A DNA stretch of 64,000 nucleotides from Lama glama (Eukaryota), in the NCBI GenBank assembly GCA_028534125.1, contig CM052816.1, positions 83,082,001 to 83,146,000 on the forward strand, written 5' to 3'. Both the position numbers and the translations under genes were made by a program. The notes below the pieces were generated by a model that ran no database searches, was not told where the DNA came from, and saw nothing but the letters and a program-made list of their open reading frames with translations. Shown here in pieces: positions 51,047-62,870 of this stretch (position 1 is the stretch's first letter; the number at the start of each line of letters is the position of its first letter).

Positions 51047-51834
51047 TAAAATTATATTGTACTTAACACTGCAATTAGCTTATCATGCACACAGGTTTAA
51101 TCTGTGTACAGAAAACAAAGACAGAGATCTTATATGTGTTATAGTATTTTTGTTGTTCAGAGCATCAAATTTTCATCTAACATATAATAGACGTTCATAT
51201 GAAAAAGAAGCAGATTTGATTTTTAATTATTATTTATTACTCAATTTTGTTTTTGTAAGTGGAAGAGTTTTGTAAATGCAGTGAATGTTTACTGATATGA
51301 AATAATTCATGTGTCCATAAAAATAAGCCTATAATATTTGGTTAAACCACTTAAAGTGTTGGTGTGAGGGTGTGCTTCTTGAACAAGCACTACAGCTATT
51401 CTGCAAGAGAGAGTGAGGAAAGCTGGGAATATAAATATAATGCTAAAAATATTTCAAGAGCAGGTAAGTCAGAAACTCTAAATCTATAATTCATCCCATG
51501 AAAAAATAATTCTTCTCAGAACTAAGAGTAAAAATTTGTTCTGTCAAAATCAGTTCTTGTATTCAAAGTACAACAACAGCTGTGCTAAGTGGTATCAAAT
51601 ATATAATGTTTCCTTTATTTCCTTTACATTGTGATTTCTGAAGATTTGGAAAGATTTCTTGCTTTGATATATAGAACAAATAGAGAGACAAACAGACATT
51701 CAGGCATAAGAAACAAAATGAATTAGTTCTCCTTTATCCATTATGGTCTTAGTCACATGAGGCAATTTAAATTCTTTTCACTGGTGCAGACCGATACCAG
51801 AGAAGTCATCAGCGGTGGAGTGGTGCTGAAAGAG

Positions 51835-52540
51835 CCAAAGTTAAAGAGACAGGCAATGCTAAATACTGATGAGGATGTGGCATAACTGGAAGTGCCAAAT
51901 ATAGCTGGTGGGAGTATAAATTAGAATGATTACTTTGAAAAACTTTTTGGCATTATCTAGTAAAGCTGAACATGCACATTTTTGAGGTATACTTAGAAAT
52001 GTTCCTTTTCAGGTTATATACACTCAACATAAATGCAGGTATGTTGCACACCTATTCACACGTACATTCATATACACATACAGTAATGTTGATAGCAGCC
52101 TTAATCATTGTGGTCTCAAACTGGAAACAACCCAAATGTCTATTATTAAGCAAATGAATAAATTAATAACACCAGGTTCATAAAATGGAATAATGCACTG
52201 GATGTCAGTAAATCACCCATAGCTTGACAGAAAGAAAAAAAGGATGTGACCTACCAAAGCAATGCTGGGCAATAGAAGAGAAGCCCAGAAAAGAAAACAC
52301 ATAGCATATATTATACATCATTCCATTTAGTTCAAAAGCAAAACCATTCTAAGTTTTTAGTGATCAGGACAGTAGGTAAGTTTGGGAAAAGGAGAGATTA
52401 GGATTGGAGGCAGGGCAAGTGGGCTTCTATTTCTTGATTTAGATATTAATTACATGGGCAAATCACTTTGTGATATTTCATGAAACTAAACCTTATGATG
52501 AATGTACCTTTTATATGTTATTCTTCAATACACAGTTTGT
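51835..52540 (+). mobile_element. L1ME-type 3' end
   Basis: gctggtgggagtataaa, ggcattatctagtaaagctgaacatgcac and aaactggaaacaacccaaatgtc. Confidence 0.75.
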
Positions 52541-53207
52541 TGTTTTTAATGTCAGCACTATAGAAATCATTATGGCATCATTTCCTGACCATTTGGATTA
52601 ATGCCTTAACTCTCTCTCTGTCTCGTATAACTGATGTCACTGGATGTGCAGAAGTGTTTCTAAATGGTTTTCCTAAAATCCAGCGAGGAGAAGATAGGTA
52701 AGTATCAACAAGCAGGATGTTATATGGGGTGGGTCTTCAAAATTCTTCAGACATTGCTTTAAATATTCTACAACTTAGTCAGCTATGTTACCTTTGGTAG
52801 AGGTAATGTATTCCTTAATGTGTTAATTAATTAATTCAGCCACTTTCATATAAACAATTGCTTTATAGAAAACTAATGTAAAGAGGAATAAAGCACAGAC
52901 CAACCTTTCGAGAAACTCATGAAACTCACAATTTGGAATTGATATTTAAAGATACCATTATAGTATATTGTGGTAAAGTAATGAGGAAGAATACAGTATG
53001 TTTTGTAGGATAATTAAAACACACTCTAGGAGACCTTTGGGATGAAATGCCAACAAAGAAGAAGTTAGAAGAATTCTAGACTTAAAAGACACCACTGAAA
53101 GGCAGTGAGGACAGAGAACTCTGAGACCTCCAGGTTACTGGAGTGAAAAGAATGGGGCAGGGAACAAATGAAAGGCTGCTGAATGAGGTGGGGGCCAGGA
53201 TTGTGAA

Positions 53208-53630
53208 TGCATCTTCGACATTAGGGCCACCACACAAAACACCACAGATTAAGTGGCTTAAACAACAAACTTTTTTTTTTTTTCTCTCTTAATTTGGGAG
53301 GTTAGGAAGTCCAGATCAGGGTCAGGCAAAGTAGGTTTCAGTCTGAATCCTCTTCTGCCTTCTGCCTCTGCACTCCCATGATCTCTCCTGTGTATGTGTA
53401 CGTGGAGGAGGTGAGGGAGAGAAGAAGAGAAAATGAGGTTGGCGGGGGCAGCTCAAACTTTCATGCATCTCTTCTTATGGGCACTAATGCTATTGGATCA
53501 GGGCCTCTCCCTTATGACCTCATTTAAACTTAACTACCTTCTTACAGGCTCTGTTTTCAAATATAGTCATATCAGGGGGTTAGAATTTCAACATATGAAT
53601 TTGGAGAGGGGCACAAGTCAGTCCATAGCA
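53208..53630 (-). mobile_element. MLT1A/B-like MaLR LTR
   Basis: accacagattaagtggcttaaacaaca..ttggatcagggcc..cccttatgacctcatttaa..ttcaacatatgaatttgg..cagtccatagca. Confidence 0.85.
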
Positions 53631-53719
53631 ATGTACAATTTTAGTAAGTTTATTTTAAATTAAATTTACATAAAATCTACAAAACTCTTACAATGGAGGC
53701 TGTATTTATTTATTTATCT

Positions 53720-54860
53720 AATCTAACTCTCTAATTGCTAAGAGAGATGCCATGTTCCTGATAGAAGCTTTAATAGTTTAAACATGTCATTTCTTCCTAA
53801 ATTGAGCTATAAATTACATGTACTTTCAACAAAAATTTCAAAGGGAAAATTTTAAGATAAGATATTTAGAAAACCTTTAGTGGTAGCCAGTAAAATTTTG
53901 AAACAAAACAGCTTATTCTTTCATACATCAAATGTACCTTAAAATTATAATAATTAAAACTGAGATATTCATGAAGAGATTAGTGAACCAGAAAGAGGAA
54001 ATAGAAATAGAATCATGTATATAAAATCTCACAACACACAAAATAAATTTCCAGTGAGTTAAATAACTAAAAGAGTATGTGTTTACATATTTTATTTCAT
54101 ACACACACACTAGTGATATGTGTATGTGCATGTTTGCTTGTGTATATGATTTAAAAATATCTTGCACTGAAGAATACCTTCCTATACGAAAAATTTAAGA
54201 AGTGATAATACAAGAAAACAGCAATTCATTTAAAATCAAGGCAATGCAGATAGAATGGTAATAGAAATGCAACAACTTCTGAAAGCCAAGCAAAAAATGG
54301 AAAAAAAAAACTCACATCATAAAAAGTAACACAGATAAAGAAGACAATAGGATAAAAGCCTTGCAATATATATATATATATCACAAAGTACGCAAATTGA
54401 AAAGAAAAATAACACCAAGTAGAAAAATGGTCATTTGATAAAAAAAAAAAGCATATAAAATTTTCAGTTACATTTTAAGCAAGACAGTGAAAATTAGTTC
54501 AGTGAAATATTGTTGACACCTTACAGTGTGCAGTGAGCATTGTCGTTACACTTGTATTCTCCTCCTGGGTTGATGAGAATATAAAATGGTGAATCCTTTA
54601 GGAGAGTGATTTCGTATCACTTAACAGAAGTTAATTGTACAATACTTTTAACTTTGTATCTAAGACTATTCTACAGATTTTATACGCAAATGAATGGAGA
54701 TGATATACAAGGATTCTCAAGTAACCTCTGTATTTTAAAAAAATTGCAAGTTTCCCATAAATCTCAAAAACAAGAAGTTTTGATGGTACACTGATGAACT
54801 AGTAAATACTTTTTAAAAAGAAGAAAGTGCCTAAACATATGCCATATAAGTAGTATTGCT
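53720..54860 (+). mobile_element. Ancient L1 ORF2 remnant
   Basis: A-rich, with patchy L1 motifs (ccatgttcctgatagaa, acacaaaataaattccagtg, ccaagtagaaaaatgg). Confidence 0.45.
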
Positions 54861-55094
54861 AAAAAATATGTATAGGGAAATTACATCCAGGTAAAACGAA
54901 TATGCACTAAAGAAGTAAGAAAGAAATAGAGACAAGGAGAAGGTTTGAGAGCATTTGGGGTACTAAATATGGCAGAACTTGATTGTTTGCATGTAAGGGC
55001 GTGAGGTAGAGGGTGTACAAATGGTCATTTTTAGATTTCTAGTTTGAATAGCCAGATGCATAATATATAGAAAGAATGCAGGAGGGAGGTAGAT

Positions 55095-55310
55095 GATAAC
55101 TAATGGCTGACATTTATTTTGCTCTTACCAAGTACCAGTGACTGTTCTATGTATTATCTCATTTAAACCTCACACAAAGCATCTGAAATCGGTACTCCTG
55201 GAATCTCTGTTTTACAGCTGTGAGACTGAGGCACGGACAGTTTAAGAAACACCGAAGTCACACAGCAGTACAGCCAGCATGCAGCCGAGGTGGTCTAACT
55301 CCAGGAGCTA
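55095..55310 (-). mobile_element. MIR
   Basis: tattatctcatttaaacctcacac..gttttacagctgtgagactgaggcac..gtcacacagc. Confidence 0.75.
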
Positions 55311-56134
55311 GTCTTTGAACTGGTAGCTAAGTTGCTGCAGATTCAGCTTTGATTATGCTGAGTTGAAGGTGCCTGTGTGATGCAGAGGTGAGGGGAGGAG
55401 AAAAGAAGGGAAGGAGGCTAATACCTTTGCTGCTTCAGGTGAGCTCGACGTTTTTCTGAGATAGTCATTAGGAGAGTGGATGGTGGGCAAAGAGCTAGGT
55501 TAAATAAAATACGCATGGAATGTATTGGACAATATGAAGTGAATACAGAAGGATCCCAAGAACAAAAACTATAGTCAGCTTCGGAACTGGAAATTTTGAA
55601 TATGATTATTTTACTCTTTAGGGCAACAGAAGAGTGACCCTGGTCTTCATTTCTTTATTGGAATACTTTTATTTTTATGCCTTTGTGTGTCATCTTTCTC
55701 TCATTTGTGTGAAGAGAAATGAATATGACTGGTCTGTACACCCTCCACCCTCCTTTTTTGTAAAGAAATAAATGGAGTGGAAGAAAAGTAATGAAGACAC
55801 TTGGAATTATTTTTTTTTACCATATTCTACTTTTTGTCTAGAAAATATTTTTCCCATGACTAACTTTAAATTGACCTTCGCCTGACATGATCCAGCAGTT
55901 ACAGTATCAACTAAAATGTCCTCACTCTGTCCCCAGTGGAAGGTCATGTACGGCCACATCATGTGTTGCTTCCCAGTTGCAAAATAATATTATCTCTAAC
56001 TGTTTTCCCTCCTGTGGCCCTCAGCAACAGATCAGGTGCTTTTTCTCATTATCCTGCAAGCTCTGAGCTAAATGAGGAAAGAATAATCACCCCAAAGCTG
56101 CGGATAAACCATTTTGGACAAGAGAACACAATAT

Positions 56135-56485
56135 GATTATATGGTTATGAAAAGTTAAGGGAAGAATTTCTGGAATCAGGTTGCCTGCTTTTAATTTCCA
56201 GCCTTATCATTTACTAGTGGTTTAACGGTGTGTGTCTGTTATTTCACACCTTCATGCTTCGTTTCTTCATTAACAGAGAGTCCATAAGAGCTAACTTTAT
56301 TCCATGTGCTTGTAATGTAGCTATGAGTCTTCAAAGAACTATATACGCGTTAACTCATTTAATCATTCAGATATCTCATGTGGGAGGTCATATTTGTGTC
56401 CTAACTGCTAAGCTGAGGAAGATAGTGACAGAAAGGCAAGGTGACTTTTCAAAGTCATTGAACTAAAACTTGTTAGGGCCAGGAA
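56135..56485. mobile_element. Two adjacent MIR fragments in opposite orientation
   Basis: Sense tctggaatcaggttgcctg..catttactag followed by antisense taactcatttaatc..tgaggaa..gtgacttttcaaagtca. Confidence 0.5.
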
Positions 56486-58249
56486 GAGATCTCTGGGACA
56501 GCAGCTTGCCCGAACATCAGATCAGAGAACTGACTGAAACCTGCAAGGAAGAATGTTCTAGTTTAACAAATCTGACTGCTTAGTGAGTTGTTTATAAGGA
56601 GGGCTGACCTGGTCTCAGGGAAGGGAGCCCAGGAGAGGGGCTGTGTAGCTATGAGTGCTCACTTAATTATAATTGTCTTCAGAACTTTTTGTTACCTAAG
56701 GGGCTGAGATGCTCTGCTTCATTTAGTTAAAAATAAGCACAGGTGTGTGTCTGCAAAACCTAAGTATGTGTGTATGTGTTTATGTTTTGTTTCAGCTAAA
56801 TTTTTCCTTCTTGGACATTCCGTGAACTCTATTACCAGTTCCAATTCTGTTTTGTTTTGTTTTCCTGGTCAGATCTGCCCATGAATCACTCTCCAGCTTG
56901 GCTGCTTTGCCGGTAACCGTTCTAGGATGACCAAAATGGAAAGCTTAATTGCTTAGCAACCACTGGCCTCCCCCAAGCCACTTCTTGCCTGAGGGCACCA
57001 GTGGCTTACAGTGTTCTGTGGGAGTGGGGCTGCGGGGACTTTTCTTCCATAGTATGTTTTAGCTTATCTCCCCGTGTCCCCTGTCACCTAGCAACACTAA
57101 TTAGGCTTTACAAAGGGATATACCTGCAGGAAGCTTCCACACAGGATGCGCGTTAGAAAAATCCAGGTAGCTGTCTTTGTGCAGTTGCTAAGGTCCTCTC
57201 ATACGTCCGTATTTAATTTTTCAGGATGACCCTCCTTGGCAATCATTAGACCTTATAAATACAGATCAAACAATAAGACACCCAGTGATTCAGAGTGAGA
57301 ATTGATTGATTTCTGGCAAAGCATCACTTGAAGCCAAAATATTTTTTATTTTTCTCCATTAGGGTATGAACTCCACATTCTCATTTCTGTTTTAAACTTC
57401 CAAACCTTAGAATAGATTTTACTTCTTTTCTTATGGATTAAGCTACAATTGCATTTGCCTCCTCTAAAGCATCAACTTCATGTGACACAAGGTCTGTGGC
57501 CCTAAAAATCTCAGGGGACAGGTTAATTAGTTGATTTGTACTTTGTTACTTGTTAGTGATAGATTCATGCCCTAGGATTGGGGAAACCTCACTCTGCTCT
57601 GTGTAGTCTCACTTCCAAGTGTTTGACGCTTACAGCTAAATTCTCACTCTATAGTGATTGTTACCTGCAAAAGACAAAAGCCAGCTGAAACATAAAAAGG
57701 GATTTCATAGGTTTACCTCTTTGTAGCCAAAGAATGTATATCCCCCAGCCCTATTAAATGACCCAATCTAAGGACTGGTAATTCAGGAACCGAGCTGACT
57801 CTCTGTCTCTTGATGTAGCATGGGCTCGTGGTTCTAACTGACTCTTATGTCCAAATTGCCTATGTCACAGAAACATATTCTTGGATGATGTCTCATTTGC
57901 AAGGACTGTGTCAGCTGTTTATCCTTTACCAAACCACCTGTGGCTAAAAGGCAGAGCTATTTGTATTTAGATGGAAGCCACATCCTTCGCTTCAGCAGAT
58001 GCCTCAGGTGATTGCAGAGTTCTCAGAGAAAGCGGGGTGAGCTACACGGGTGTCCTCAAATTTTATCAGTCATTCAGTATGTGAAAGACAATGTGACCAA
58101 AAAATGTGGGGAGAGTATATAAAGTATTACTATTATAACACACTTGAGGACACAACAAATTGAAATTCACAAAAGAGGATGACCCCAGGCAGAGAGAAGA
58201 TGAAGAATGGTCTGTGGGTATATAATCCAGTTGTTAAGTATATCAATAG

Positions 58250-58495
58250 AGTGGTTGGGATCAGATAGCAGATTTAGGGTGGAATTTCAGTTCCTCTGGT
58301 CGCTCTGGACACTGGCTGTTTGACTCTGAAAATTCTTTAACTTTTCTAAGCCTCAATTTCCTCTCTTGATAGAATATAGAGACCATTTTTAGAATAAAAG
58401 CAAATTTCCTTAATAAAAATTTGTTAGATTAAATGACAACAATGTATGTAACCTGTAACAAGGTGTCAGAAAAGGTTAGTAAATAAATATAAAAA
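58250..58495 (+). mobile_element. MIR
   Basis: ggctgtttgactctg..tttaacttttctaagcctcaatttcctc..gattaaatgacaacaatgtatgtaa. Confidence 0.6.
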
Positions 58496-58884
58496 AAAAA
58501 GCTGTGTAATGACTTATAAAGTTTACATAGCAGAGGTATGCGGGGTGATGAGCAATAGAGATATTGAAGAAGATGGAGTGAAAAATATCATTTGTACTTG
58601 GCAATCATAACTCCCATTATCAGAAAGGTTATTGATTAAGGTGGCTGTTGAAAGAGAGAGTAGGAAGGGAGGATGCAGATGGAGAACGTCCTAGTCTTAT
58701 TGGGTCATATTACTGATGATTAGAGAGAGAGAGTAGGATACAGAAGAGAGAAGTCCGCATATGTAGACAGTACGTCACTGCCACTTACGGGATTAAGGAA
58801 GTATTATTTATGGTGTTTGACCTAAAAGGAAACTCCATAAACAATATTTTCAACTATTCTCCGACTTTGAAGACAGGGATTCTT

Positions 58885-59230
58885 TTCTTTTGTGCTTTCT
58901 TTTTTTCATTTTTATTATTATTATTATTTTTTACAATTTGATGTATTTTGATAGATGCATACACTCATGAAACCACCACAATCAAGAGAGCTAATGCTTC
59001 CATCACTCCCCAAGAGGTACAGTTCTCAAATTCCCAATTTATCCCTTGCCACCCCCTTTACCCCCTGGTAAGCATAAGTTTGTTCTCTATGTCTATGAGT
59101 CTGTTTCTGTTTTGTAGATTAGTTCATTTGTGTCTTTTTTTTTTTTAACATTCCACATGTAAGTGATATCATATGGCGTTTTTCTTTCTCTTTCTGGCTT
59201 ACTTCCCTTAGAATGACCATCTCTAGGTTC
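58885..59230 (-). mobile_element. LINE-1 3' fragments (old L1M-type terminus joined to young 3' UTR)
   Basis: tacaatttgatgtattttg..accacaatcaaga followed by ctcaaattcccaatttatccc..cataagtttgttctctatgtctatgagtctg. Confidence 0.75.
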
Positions 59231-60092
59231 TTAAGGCACAGAAAGGCATAACCAGGGGCCCCTGAATAAGAATCCTGAGGACAGCCTGCCAACTATGAGG
59301 GCAAGATCTGTGTCCCCTTGATGCCCAGCATGGTGTGACACATAATTCATGATTTAAAAGGGAAGAATTCTTTTGCTTTCCTTCCTTTATTTATTCAACA
59401 AATATTCCTTTAACATTGACTGAGTGTCTAGGGGTTTGTTAGGTGAAATATACAGAAAGATGAGTAGGATGCAGAATTTCCTCCTACACACATCCCTCTA
59501 GTGGCTTCTGTATGTTTTGAAATGCTGTTACCTGGTGTTCACAAGAGCTAAGGGAAGGATTGATTTTGTGTAAAACAATCAATAAAATCCTTCCTAGGGG
59601 AAATGACATGGTAAGTGAGTCTTAGAATTTGATTGTAAATTTATGAAAGGGAAAGGCAAAGAAGATGATTCCAGTTAGAGGGAACCACATAAACAAGTTA
59701 AAAGATGAAAAAAGAAATTTATTCACTTGAACTATGCTCCCATGTGATTATTTATAAACCATAAGATATTTTCAGATTATTTGTTATATTGGGAATGTAT
59801 TTTATACATTTATATTTTCCCCATAGTGATGGAATGTTGAATCAATATGGTGTAAACATACCAGTATTCTATCTAACTGTACTCCCTATTTGGTTACAAG
59901 ACTCAATGAAAAATTAGGCTTTTGGGAAAAATAATTCCTGTAGATTGTGTAAGATGTATTTGATGGCTTAACACGCTATATTAAACTACTTATCTTTTGT
60001 AATGTGAAATAGAAATTTTAAGACAAATCATCAATAATAACTAGTAGAATACTTATTTTAACAGATTTGTTACACATGGTTCTTTATCCCTA

Positions 60093-60135
60093 TACACACA
60101 CACACACACACACACACATACACTCACTCACAGAC
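60093..60135. repeat. (CA)n microsatellite
   Basis: CA run with a degenerate tail. Confidence 0.9.
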
Positions 60136-60889
60136 ACTCTTTATAAACATCAAGGGACTATAGAGTGACATAATCTAGGTTAAAGGATGAAACGAGACTT
60201 GATTTTGAGACCATAAATATAAATATTTTAATCCATTCTTGTCTGATCTTATTAAGGTTCCTACATTATTAGATGCCTAGCCCTAATAATGACATGGAAA
60301 TTGTCACTTGTTTGTGATTTTTAAGTGAAAAAAGTTATCTATCACTAAAAATTTATGGAAAACTACTAAAATATTAACCATCTTGTATAACAAAACAAAA
60401 TTGGAATATGAGTGAGGAGACATGGGTTTCACCCAGATTGGAAACTTTATTTCCATGTGATGTTAGAAAACTTAATTGCTTTATTTATGAATAGAGAAGA
60501 CACTCAAACCTTCTTTGAAGTCAGAGACCTTGTTTGAGAATCTAATGAAAGCTAAAGACTTTGTTCCTTTGCATAGCCCTCATCTTCTCTTTACATGTTT
60601 TCCCAACATATTTTTAGCATTTAGGATGCAAGCATTACTGAGTCAAATCAATACTTTTCAGGCCACAGAAAGGCCTGTCCCAAATTGGTGATCTCACTAC
60701 TCTGAACATGTTTTCTTTGAATTTTGAGTGAACAAAATTCAAGAGTGAACAATGAATGATTCAGTAGTTCCCTGAGATATATAAAATTTCACTATTTTTC
60801 AGGAAGCAATAGCTTTAAATATATCTATTGTTTGTAGATCAATTCAGTTAAATTATTTTAGCCAACATATATTGTATGACTTTCAGGCT

Positions 60890-62437
60890 GTTTTCTTTTT
60901 CTCTCTCAACACTTTAAATATTTCACCTCACTTTCTTCTTGCTTGTGTGGTTTCTGAGAAGTCACATGTAATCCTTATCTTTCTTCCTCTATAGGTAAGA
61001 CTCCTCCCCACCCCTCAGCTTCTTTCAGGATTTGTCTTTGAGTTTCCGTAGTTTGAAAATGATATGCCTAGGTGTACTTTTTTTTTGGCATGCATCCTTT
61101 TGGTGTTCTCTGAGCTTCCTGAATCTGTGGTTTGGTGTCTGATGTTAATTTGGGGGAAATTTTCAGTCCTTATTATTTCAAATATTTCTTCTCTTCCTTT
61201 CTCCCTTCTCTTTCTGTGTGTGTGTTACACCTTTTACAGTTGCCCCACAGTCCTTGGATAGTCTGTTCTTTTTCTTTTCAGTCTTTGTTCCCTTTGCTTT
61301 TCAGTTTTGGGGATTTGTGCTGACATAGCCTAAAGCTCAGAGATTCTTTCCTCAGCCATGTCCAGTCAACTGATAAGCCCATCAGAGATATTTTTAATTT
61401 CTGTTACAGTGTGTTTGTGTATTCTTTTTTTTATCTCTAGCATTTTGTTTTGGTTCTTTCTTAGGTTTTTCTTTTCTTTACTTATTACACGATCCATCTG
61501 TTCTTGCATACTGTCTACTTATTAGAGCTCTTAGCATATTTAATCATAGTTGTTTAAAATTCCTGGTCTGATAACTTCAACTTCTCTGCCATGTGTGGTT
61601 CTGATGCTTTCTCTCTTCGAATTGTGGCTTTTGCCTTTTAGCGCGCTTTGTAATTTTTTTTCTTAATAGCCAGACATGATTGACTGAGTTAAAAAGAACT
61701 GCTTTAAGTAGGCCTTTAGTGACAATGGTGAGGTGTGTGGGGAGGGGAAGCCTCGATAGCCGGTGATTCCTTCTCAGTCTTTTGGAGACCATATGCCTCT
61801 GGACTGCGAACTTCACAAGTGTTGCCCAGTCTTTTCTCCCCGCTGGAGTGAAACAGGATGGCTAGGATGAGCTGACGCTGGATATTCCCCTTCTCCAGGT
61901 CACTTAGGCTCGGATAATTCCTTAGCACGTTAGCCTTTGGTTAACTAGTTTCCCCTGAAGGCGGGTCTGGTTAAAAAGAACCTAGTGCTCCGGCTTGTTT
62001 GAAAGTGGTTCCTTTACCTTCCCCTGTTAGAAACATGAGGGCATTTTTCTTAGATGTTTACTGTGGGAACCTGGCTGAACTCCTGGAGGTAAATGTCACA
62101 GTATTGTGGGGACCCCTATGACTGAATCTCCTTGGAGTTTTTAACTTTCAGAATTATCCACACTGAGCCTCGAGAACGTCATGGATTACAGGGCAGGCTT
62201 TCCTTCTCCTGCGCTGGCTCCCTGGTGGAATATGCTCGGGTATCTCCCCTCAAGGAAGCCGTAACTTCCTGCGTTTGCTTATTGGTCTCTGCAGTCCTGG
62301 GGGCAGCAGTTTGTTCTGTGTGCCCCTCTCTTATGTATCCAAGAAGAGCCGTAGATTTTTGAGTCTGTTCAGCTTTTCACTTGTTAGGATGGAGTGGTGA
62401 CTTTGAAGCTTCTTTGCAGAACTGGAAACCGGAAGTC
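60890..62437 (-). mobile_element. L1MC/L1M4-type LINE-1 5' UTR plus ORF1 region
   Basis: Reverse strand starts gacttccggtttccagttc..gtcaccactccatcctaacaag..aaaagctgaaca (old L1 5' terminus); antisense ORF1 motif ggtgttctctgagcttcctgaatctgtggttt. Confidence 0.8.
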
Positions 62438-62719
62438 TGCTTGTACAACTTCCATGCCCTGGAGACTTCTCTGTGTTCTAGAGATGAAACAGTGAGTGAA
62501 TGCAGCTGGGGTGAGGTCTTCTGAGCCATAAAGGACAAGGTTAGGATGGGTGCAATAGAAGTGCTTCTGTGGATGCGACAGATATCAGCTTCTCTCCCCA
62601 CTGCCTGCAAACAATTCTAGATATTCTTGAAACTATCTCAAAACACTTGAACATACCATACTGAAGCACAGAAAACTGTTGGAGGGCTGGGCTGAGATCA
62701 AGATTCTTGTGTCATTCAT

Positions 62720-62870
62720 TGCTGCTCCTTCCTGAATATGTGACTTTGGGCAGAACTCTTAGCCTCTCTGAGCCTCACTTTGTCCCTGGGGAACCCTAGA
62801 ATTGTGATATTGTTCCTCGTGCCTGTTTAAGGATCAAATAAAATAACTTGAGTAAAAGCACTTTGAAATC
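62720..62870 (+). mobile_element. MIR
   Basis: tgtgactttgggcag..cttagcctctctgagcctcacttt..aggatcaaat..gtaaaagcactttg. Confidence 0.7.
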
